64,000 nucleotides of DNA. Source: Selaginella moellendorffii. Taxonomy: Eukaryota; Plantae; Lycopodiophyta. Position numbers and translations under genes: made by a program. This document shows, one piece after another, positions 39,813 to 48,615 of the stretch. The stretch lies in assembly GCF_000143415.4 (NCBI RefSeq), contig NW_003314354.1:162575-226574 (forward strand), in the 5' to 3' direction. The first letter of the stretch is position 1. Each line of letters opens with the position of its first letter. Below the pieces are notes generated by a model. The model was not told the origin of the DNA and ran no database searches. It saw only the letters and a list, made by a program, of their open reading frames with translations.

Positions 39813-41707
39813 TGTGAGACACAAAATCCCTAGGCCCCAAAGTGGAGCCGGAAGGGCGCCACATGGTAGTGGCCGAAGTGAGAGCCAAACGAGTGTAACA
39901 CGTTTGGACCAAAAGCTCCGACTTGAAAAGTCAAGAGCGGGAGTGGAACTCCCAACGAAGTGCTCGAGGAACGAGCACGAAGCGAGCAAAAGGCGAGGCT
40001 CCAAAAAGGGACCCAAAAGGACCAACACATGACACATGGGAGTGTCCGAGATGGAGTCCGAAGTGGAGTCCGAGGTGGACCCGAGTTGGAGTCCGAAGTG
40101 GAGTCCGAGATGGACCCGAAATGGAGTCCGAAATGGAGTCCGAGATGGACCCGAGATGGACCCGAGATGGAGTCCGAGATGGAGTCCGAGATGGAGTCCG
40201 AGATGGAGTCCGAGATGGAGTCCGAGATGGAGTCCGAGATGGAGTCCGAGATGGACCCGAGATGGACCCGAAATGGAGTCCGAGATGGAGTCCGAGATGG
40301 ACCCGAAATAGAGTCCGAGATGGAGTCCGAGATGGACCCGAGATGGAGTCCAAGATGGAGTCCGAGATGGACCCGAGATGGACCCGAGATGGAGTCCGCG
40401 ATGGAGTCCGAGATGGAGTCCGAAGTCGAGACCGAGACCGGGACCGAGACCGAGACCGAGACCGAGATCGGGACCGAGACCGAGATTGAGGCCGAGGCCG
40501 AGACCGAGCCCGAGCCCGAGCCCGAGTCCGAATCCGAATCCGAGTCCGAGTCCGAGTCCGAGTCCGAGTCCGGAGCCTGAGAGGGTGAAAGCCCAAAGCG
40601 TTCGTCTCCCAGACCCTGGGGGGTTTGGTGAGCTCCAAAAGTATAGTAGGGGGAGGACTGCAATGGAGCCAGTTTGGCCAGGAAAGGCCAGTTTGGCCCA
40701 GGAAGGCCAGACCCAGTGTTGGGTGATGAACTGACCACTGGGAAGTCCAAGACTAGAGTGAATACGGACCGACAAGCGGGGTAGCTTGGTGAAGTGTTCA
40801 AGAGCCGGCTCTAGTTCCCCCGGGAGATCGAATTGCCGATGCTCCCAGTCCAAGTGTGGGTGGCACTACCTACTTGGATACCAGGCGTGGCTCAACGGAA
40901 CCTCGCTCTAAGCCCATGGCTAGAGCACCTAAAGGCGAAAGGCAGGGAGAGTACCCAGGTGGCTCGCGTAAGGCCACGATGTTCCAAAATGTTGTCCCAA
41001 AAGCCTAGACTGGGGAAAGGAAGAGGAGCAGTCCTCTGGGGTAGTGACCAAGGACACAGTCGTGTGGTGAGGAAGTCCCAGAGGACCATGGGACTTAGTG
41101 GTCGGGCCTGTGGGCCTCGATCCAGTGGCAGTGTTGGTAAACACAGCCAGGGGCAGAAAGGGACTTGGTAGGAACTGACAAAGGGACTTTGGGGAAGGCG
41201 ATTCCTCAGGTCTGTGGGCATCCTAAGGATGCTAAGGAGTGGATCTAGGATGACCCCTCGTGGACAGATGGCCCAGTCTTGGAGAGACGGGATGGTGATG
41301 CCAGTGGTATTGGACCACTAGTGCAGCAAAGGTGAATGGGCATGGCCGTAGCCTAACGGGCCGAGATGTCAGTGGTACCTTTGGGTGTCGGTCGTGGGAT
41401 CGGACACGTGGAGCACTTGGACCAAGTGCAAAGAGTGGTATTGGACCACTAGTGCAGCAAAGGTGAATGGGCATGGCCGTAGCCTAACGGGCCGAGATGT
41501 CAGTGGTACCTTTGGGTGTCGGTCGTGGGATCGGACACGTGGAGCACTTGGACCAAGTGCAAAGGTTGAGTGGCATGGATGCCATTCTCGGGGCTAGCAA
41601 GCCCCAAGTCCTGAATGGGACTTATGGAGGTTGTGAATGAGACTCCTCCAAGTGGTCAGAGGTGTGGTTAAGTGACTAAAGTAGAATGGAAAAATTAGTC
41701 GCTTACA
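39813..41707 (+). mobile_element. Younger family-B solo LTR nested in the B internal region
   Basis: TGTGAGACAC...GTCGCTTACA; more CG-rich than the flanking B LTRs; no TSD of its own. Confidence 0.92.
41303..41564 (+). repeat. 131-bp tandem duplication within the nested LTR-B
   Basis: AGTGGTATTGGACC...CAAGTGCAAAG at 41303-41433 and 41434-41564; single copy in the other B LTRs. Confidence 0.9.
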
Positions 41708-41731
41708 ACTTTTTAAGCTCGCTTACAACAA

Positions 41732-42324
41732 TGTAAGCTCCTAAGTTTGGACTTCCCGGGAGGTTACCCAGCCCAGTACTATTCAAACCCAAGGACGCTT
41801 AACCCCAAATATCCCAAGACCCTTAACCGATTGGAAAAAGGGGTGCACTCTTGTTCATGGGCCCTTTCCCTCTATATTTGAACCCCATGGATCGTCTCTC
41901 AAGTCGTTCCTTTTGGTTGCTTACAATCCACCACGCTTCCCTACAAGTTCACGCCCTCGTGAACGGAAGCTGAGAGCCGCAGCTCTCCCGAGAGCCCCGC
42001 TCTCTTGACACCCTACCCCTCGGGTCGAGCCCAGCGGGAGCAAACTGGACCAGCCAGATGTCAATCAACATGTGGTGTGATTCCCCTAGCCAACCAACAG
42101 AGTCGGACCTAAGACCGCTCCGATACCAAATGTAAGCTCCTAAGTTTGGACTTCCCGGGAGGTCACCCAGCCCAGTACTATTCAAACCCAAGGACGCTTA
42201 ACCCCAAATATCCCAAGACCCTTAACCGATTGGAAAAGGGGGTGCACTCTTGTTCATGGGCCCTTTCCCTCTATATTTGAACCCCATGGATCGTCTCTCA
42301 AGTCGTTCCCTTTGGTTGCTTACA
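41732..42324 (-). mobile_element. Complete Cassandra-type TRIM (593 bp) with a 5S rRNA-derived segment in each LTR
   Basis: 194-bp LTRs at 42324-42131 (5') and 41925-41732 (3'), 3 substitutions seen. PBS TGGTATCGGAGC, PPT GGGAAGCGTGGTGGAT, 205-bp noncoding interior. Confidence 0.93.
41749..41803 (-). promoter_or_regulatory. 5S rRNA-like Pol III internal control region (A-box/IE/C-box) in the Cassandra 3' LTR; second copy at 42148-42202
   Basis: GTTAAGCGTCCTTGGGTTTGAATAGTACTGGGCTGGGTRACCTCCCGGGAAGTCC aligns with plant 5S GTTAAGCG..CTTGGG...TAGTACT.GGATGGGTGACCTCC.GGGAAGTCC. Confidence 0.9.
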
Positions 42325-44038
42325 GGAGGGTCTCAAAGGTTGGGCCGTGGATAGAGCCCATAACAGTAAATGTTAAAGAGACGTACTAGGGGTGAACACC
42401 CTCTGGACTTGGCAAAGCAAAGTGTTTTCTATGGAATCGAAAAGAAACCTCAAAACTAAAGATAGCGATCCTATGTTGCTGGGTGCAACAATCAAGGATA
42501 GGACCAAAAGACTAGTGGCTAAGAAAAGAGCCATGGGAATCAGGGGAAAGAATTCAAATGGCAAAGTTAAGCCAAGAACACTAATGTGTTGGGTGTTAAC
42601 GGATTGTGGGAAAAGCAATGTTTCCCCAAGGATGGATTCCCAACCGCTCCAATTTGGCGAAAGGGGAAGCCCCAAAAGGGGGAGTGGTAAGCCGTGGGTA
42701 GCCCTAGCACAAATTATGATAACTAGAACTTAATGCCAAATGTGGCATGATATTGAAGAGAGGATAGGATGATGGTGCCCTCAAGTAAAGAACTTCCTAG
42801 GATGGGGAAGTGGAGTTGCACCATGTGCAACGTAAGGTGTCGGAGACACCTAGGAAATTGACTGTGAGAAGTCAAAATTAAAACTTCCCAAAGTGCAAAG
42901 GTGATGTCGATGGAATCTGAGACTACTCGAGAATGAATAGTGGAATTGAGTTAGAGAGGGAGTCTCTAACGGGTTTAGTGAGAACTGAACCAATAAAAGG
43001 GAGCAAACCACCCCAGGTGGTCGAATGAGTCTCTATGTTAGAGAGACTATGCTCCTTAGAGGATGGACAAGGCATGATGAGCCTTTGGTGTCAAACCATA
43101 GACAAATATTAGCTAGGTGCCAAGGATGGAAATGGTAATACATGTGGGTATTACTTTATAAAAGGGTTTACCGTTCGATGAGGACATCGAACTTTGTCTA
43201 TGGGTGGTGGAGTTGTGAGACACAAAATCCCTAGGCCCCAAAGTGGAGCCGGAAGGGCGCCATGTGGTAGTGGCTGAAGCGAAATCCAAATGAGCGTAAC
43301 ACGTTTGGACTAAAAGCTCCAACTTGACAGGTCAAGAGCGGGAGTGGAACTCCCAACAAAGTGCTCAAGGAACAAGCACGAAGCGAGCAATAAGCAAGGC
43401 TCCAAAAAGGGACCCAAAAGGACCAACACATGACACGTGGAAGTGTTCGAGATGGACCTAAGTTGGAGTCCGAGATGGAGTCCGAGATAGACGAGATGGA
43501 CCGAGATGGAGTCCGAAATGGACCCAAGATGGAGTCCAAGATGGACCCGAGATGGAATCCGAGATGGAGTCCAAGAAGGACCCGAGATGGAGTCCAAGGT
43601 CGACACCGAGACTAGGACCGAGACCGGGACCGAGACCGAGTCCGAGTCCGAGTTCAAGTCTGAGAGGATGAAAGCCCAAAGCGTTCGTCTCCCAAACCCT
43701 AGGGGGTTTGGTGAGCTCCAAAAGTATAGTAAGGGGGAGGACTGCAGTGGAGCCAATTTGGCCAGGAAAGGCCAGTTTGGCTAGGAAAGGCTGTACCTAG
43801 TGTTGGGTGATGAGCTGCCCATTGGGAAGTCCAAGACTAGAATGAACACGGACCGACAAGCGGGGTAACTTGGTGAAGTGTTCTAGAGCCGGCTCTAGTT
43901 CCCCCGAGAGATCGACTGGCCGATGCTCCCAGTCCAAGTGTGGGTGGCACTACCTACTTGGATACCTAGCGTGGCTCAACAGAACCTCGCTCTAAGCCCA
44001 TGGTTAGAGCACCCAAAAGCGGAAGGGGGGGAGAGTAC

Positions 44039-45124
44039 TGTAAGGAACCGACTGCCTGAGATGTCATAGGCTAAAGGATCCCCGAAAGCATGACCGAAAT
44101 GACAAAGAGTTCATCGGATGGGACCGAGTCGAAGATCGAGTCCAAGACCGACTCTGAGACCGAGTTCGAGATAGAGTCCGGGATCGAGCCGAGGCCGAAT
44201 CGGAGACTGAGTTCGAGACTGAGTTCGAGACAAAGTCCGAGATCCAAATCGGGCCAAGACCGAGTCCGAAGTCGAGTCCGAGATCGGGTCCGAGACCGAG
44301 TCCGAAGTCGGGTTCGAGATCGAGTCCGAGATCGAATCTGAGACTAAGTCCAAATACTAATACGGGTCAAGGGGTGAAAGCCCAAAGCGTGCGTCTCCTA
44401 GGGGGAGGGTGCTGCAGGGGGTTCCAAAAGTATAGTAGGGATAATGAGGTCCAAGACTAGTCTTGAAGGAACTCTCCAGTGGTGCTTCCAAACTGACTTG
44501 AGGTTGAGATTGGGGTCGAGGGGCCTTGGGTGGGAGTGAGCATGGGCTTGGGTGGTGCCGGAGGGGCCACCCAGGGAAGTGCTCAAGAGCAGCTCCCACT
44601 CCCGAAAGGGAAACCGACTGCGGTGCTCCCGACTCATGTGGAGTGGTGCCCCACTGTCCTCGCCCTTCCTAGAGGCTTGGGCCTTCCCATCGGGATGGAA
44701 GTGGGGGGGTAGAGGTACCCATACCGGGCCGTTAGGCCACGGTGTTTCGCCCCGATGTCCCGAAGCAAGTGTTGCATACAAGGCTTGGGATTTAGAGGGT
44801 CCCATGATCAAGTCTTGTTGTACCAAGGGGTGTTAGGAACCTAAAGGCTTGGTGTGCTTGGCTGCTTGTGCCTGCGGGGAGTGTAGCCGAACCTTAAGTC
44901 CAGCCTAACTTGGGGAGGGGGATTGGGAGAGATTTGGGAATCTGTGGATGGATGGCTAACGCTCCGTTGCTCGTGCAGTGAGTAGTTGAAACCAAGTAGG
45001 ACCAAGTAGGAGCTGGTACAATAGGCGTGAACCTTGGCGAGGGAACTTAGCACAAGCCAAAGCAGTGTTGGTTGGATAGACGAGGTAAGCTGGCAAATTG
45101 GAAAGGAAAAATTTGTGGATTACA
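44039..45124 (+). mobile_element. Family-A solo LTR inserted in the 3' LTR of element B, TSD AGTAC
   Basis: TGTAAGGAACC...GGATTACA; AGTAC at 44034-44038 and 45125-45129; host LTR resumes colinearly. Confidence 0.95.
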
Positions 45125-46777
45125 AGTACCCATGAGGCCCACGTAGAGCCACGGTGTTTCGAAATGTTGTCCTAAAAGCCCAGACCGTGGAAAAGAGGAC
45201 CGTGGGACTTAGTGGTCGGGCCTATGGGCCTCGATCCAATAGCAGTGTTGGGGAACACGACCATGGGCAGAAAGGGACTTGATGGAGACCGGAAAAGGGA
45301 TGTTGGGGAAGGCTATTCCCCATGTCTGTAGGCATCTTAAGGATGCTAAGGAGTGGATCTGGGACAATCACTCATGGACAGATGACCTAGTCTTTGAGAG
45401 ACGGGACTGTAATGTAAGTGGTGTCAAACCACCAATGTGACCAAGGTGAATGGGCATAGCTTTAGCGTAACAGGCTGATATGTCGGTGGTACCTTGTGGT
45501 GTCGGTCATGGGATCAGACACATGGAGCACTTGGATCAAGTGCAATAGTTGAGTGGCATGGATGCCATTCTGGGGGGCTAACAAGTCCCTAAGTCCAAAA
45601 TAGAACTTATGAAGGTTGTGAATGAGACTCCTCCAAGTGGTTGGAGGTGTGGTTAAGTGACTAAAGTAGAATGGAAAAATTAATCACTTATAATTAACTC
45701 CTTAGTAACAATTGTAAAACAAAAGCTTTTAATAGCACTCACAAGTGGAGATATATATTTAATTTGAAACTCTGGCCAAAGTGACTCAAACTCTTGGAAT
45801 AAGGGATATGATAATTAATTAAAAACTCTACCAAAGAAACAAAAACAAAATTCTCAACTTCATGTAGATACTCAATATTTATATTAGTATAAAAAAGATT
45901 AAAAAAACATACAACTCAACACCAAATTTATAATGAGAATCATAAGAGTAAAAAATGATCAATGTGCTAGGAGAAAAAAACATTACAAATAAGGAAGAAA
46001 CACTAGAAATATAAAAATGTGGTTCGGCTAAAAAATAAGAAAGGGTTGGGAAAGAGTAAAAGGTAAAAAGAAAAAATCAAATAGTAGATTCAATAATTGA
46101 TAATTACCATGCTAAATCTTTGGACTATGGACAATATTGCTAAACTTATATTGAAAGCAATAATAATTTATATAACAATATGATATTAAGAGATGCAAGA
46201 GAGAGAGCATTGCTTGGAGATAATACAAAAATGCAATAGTCCAGCCCAACTCATCTTTAAAGTTATCTCCATAAAAATTAAAGTCTTCATCACAACTTAG
46301 AATCTATTTGAACTTGTAAACATTGTATATATTGTATGTTAATCACATAAAGTTAAGTATATAAAATAGTATAAATAATAATTTATTACTTTGAATGATA
46401 TAGTTGAAAGGTTAATTAAACTATAAAAATAGTTAAGTCTATAATATTGGTATTATATACAATAGCTTTTTATCCTATCATGATTTAAAATAATATCATT
46501 AAATAGTTAAATATTCTAAGTATTTAAATATATTTTAAATATATTCATTATTACACTGGTCCCTTTACAGGTTTATTTAAACAAATAAAAAATTGTTAAT
46601 AACAATTTATTACTAAATAACCCAATCTAAAATCTTGATGAAAGAGTAGACTTCACTTTATATGAATCACCAATAACAAAATGATAAGTTTGAAAACTTT
46701 AGTGATATATTTAGTATTATAGAGTATAAATTATGGTAGTATTACCTCTTATTACAAAAAAAAAATATAAAATCTAT

Positions 46778-48278
46778 CTAAGTGCTTTTGACACGCTGAT
46801 GTAAATCACACACCAAAGAGTCGAGATTATTCCGTGAAGATCCTTTGTTCTTCATGGCAGTTCTTACCACTTCTTTGATGTGCCTGGCATTCTTCCAAAT
46901 CTCGCTAGTTTTTGGGTCGGCTTCCATAAGAGCTTTGATCGAGTTCTTGAGATCATCCTTGCGCGCTAGCTCTAACCCAATTTCAATCCCTCGCACTCCA
47001 ACTCCAATGCCCCATTCGTCGATCACAAACTTCGCCGTGAGAACTTGGTCGCCGGAAATGGGCCTAGTCACCATGGGCATTCCAAATGACATGGATTCTG
47101 TGACAGAATTCCAGCCGCAGTGGGTGAGAAATCCACCGACAGATCTGTGTCCCAGAATTTCCAGCTGGGGCGCCCAGGACACCACAAGCCCTTGATCTAG
47201 TTTGGACATTCTTTCCTGAAATCCGGGAGGAATCAACGACGAATCTCTAATCGCCCACACGAATTCCTGCCTCGATTCTTCCAGAGCCGACGCGAGCTCC
47301 TCGAATTGCCCATTGGCTACTGACATCGTAGTGCCAAATGCGATGTAGATCACACTGGAATCTGGCCTCGCGTCCAGCCACTGGATGATCTCGCTCTCCT
47401 TTTTGCATTCGGCTTCTCCTTGCGGGGCGCTGGTGCCCAATTTCTCGGAGAGGAGATGCAGTGGCCCGATGGGCTTGATGTTTACCCCGCTGCTGCGCAG
47501 AGAATCGATTGCTTTCCCTTCAACCCCCTCGATCGAATTCACCAGCACTCTGTCAGCCCGGGGAATCATCTGGACCAATTCCTTGAAAGTGTGGAGAATT
47601 TTGTGGAGAGATTCGAATGGGATCAACCCAAAAGTGGGATAATTTTCTGGCTGCAGCGATGGAAGCCCTGGAATCGAGAATTTCTCGTGGGATGGATTGC
47701 CTGGGAAATGAGGAACAGAGGTTTAGAAATTTGGCAGAGAGAAGTTTGGTGCTGTTACCTGCGAATGGAAAAATGCCCTGCGCGATGAGGCGTGGCATGT
47801 GGTAATACACGAGAAGCTCCGCCACAGTCGACGTCCACAGCGCAATCCACGGCACCTCCAGCTTGGCGGCGAGATCGCGAGCCCAGCCAACGTAAACATC
47901 CGAGATCACGCAAGAGATCGGGACGCCAGAGCTCTTTCCCACTTCCTCCGCGATCGTCAGCACCGACCCGTCGTCATTGAGAGCCTGGAAACGATTGAAG
48001 TAGCGCAGGATCTCGTCCAATTTCGCGGCCTGATCGTCCTTGTGAACTGCCGGCAGGGGCTTGGATGGATCGAGCGGGAGGCACGACTTGATTCGCACGC
48101 CATTTTCCCACTTCTCGGCGCCAACGCTCTGTGAATTCTCGGGGGTCTTGAGGAGCGTGACGAGACACCCCGACGCTGCCAAGTGCTGGCAAAGATGGAG
48201 GAGTGGAGTGATATGCCCTGGCCATATGAATGGAATGGCAACTATATGCGGAACAATGGCAGCTCCTTGAGATCCCAT
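46778..48278 (-). CDS. UDP-glycosyltransferase (GT1), intact; exons 48278-47759 and 47700-46778 (480 aa)
   Basis: PFIWPGHITP catalytic His; PSPG box WAPQLEILGHRSVGGFLTHCGWNS...GDQ; frame is restored across the 58-bp intron. Confidence 0.93.
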
Positions 48279-48615
48279 TTTTTCTTCTCTCGTTTACTCT
48301 TTCTCTAAATGAAAACAATGGAGAATTCTTATAGAGCATCTAGATTTCGTGGAAGAACTCTTCAATAGCAGGCGACCAGGTGTTACTTGCTTATTAAGTC
48401 GGGAGCATTGCTATAACCATGCCACATGGCAATCCACGCGCCAACTTTTTTATAAGGTTTATACTTCTTTCATGGCAGAAGTACGACTTCTTTCGTGGAA
48501 GCTTGACAATAGAGTCGTGACTCTTGGAACTTTGCCATCTCTTTTCTGGAAGGTTGACGCTAAAATGTTGAAACTTTGCCAGCTTTGCCATCTAAGTTGA
48601 CTATGTTATTTAGCC

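Larger units (their letters stand above)
35067..45692 (+). mobile_element. Full-length Ty3/gypsy-type LTR element, family B; decayed internal region; carries nested insertions
   Basis: 5' LTR 35067-36653, tRNA-iMet-type PBS TGGTATCGGA at 36657, PPT-like GGGTGGTGGAGT before 3' LTR 43214-45692, TSD ATTAA (35062-35066 / 45693-45697). Degenerate gag zinc knuckle near 38006. No RT/integrase recognised. Confidence 0.92.

Noticed and set aside
39792-40853. Long RS/RD/WSPR-repeat ORFs resembling SR proteins (also at 278-592, 35084-35998, 43231-44353)
   Set aside because: They are translations of the LTR hexamer arrays, open in several frames on both strands.
41749-42202. 5S rRNA genes
   Set aside because: Only the internal ~55 nt match; no 5S ends or oligo-T terminator; embedded in LTRs.
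34440-46770. AT-rich host sequence on either side of element B as a decayed DNA transposon
   Set aside because: No termini or convincing transposase motif could be read.
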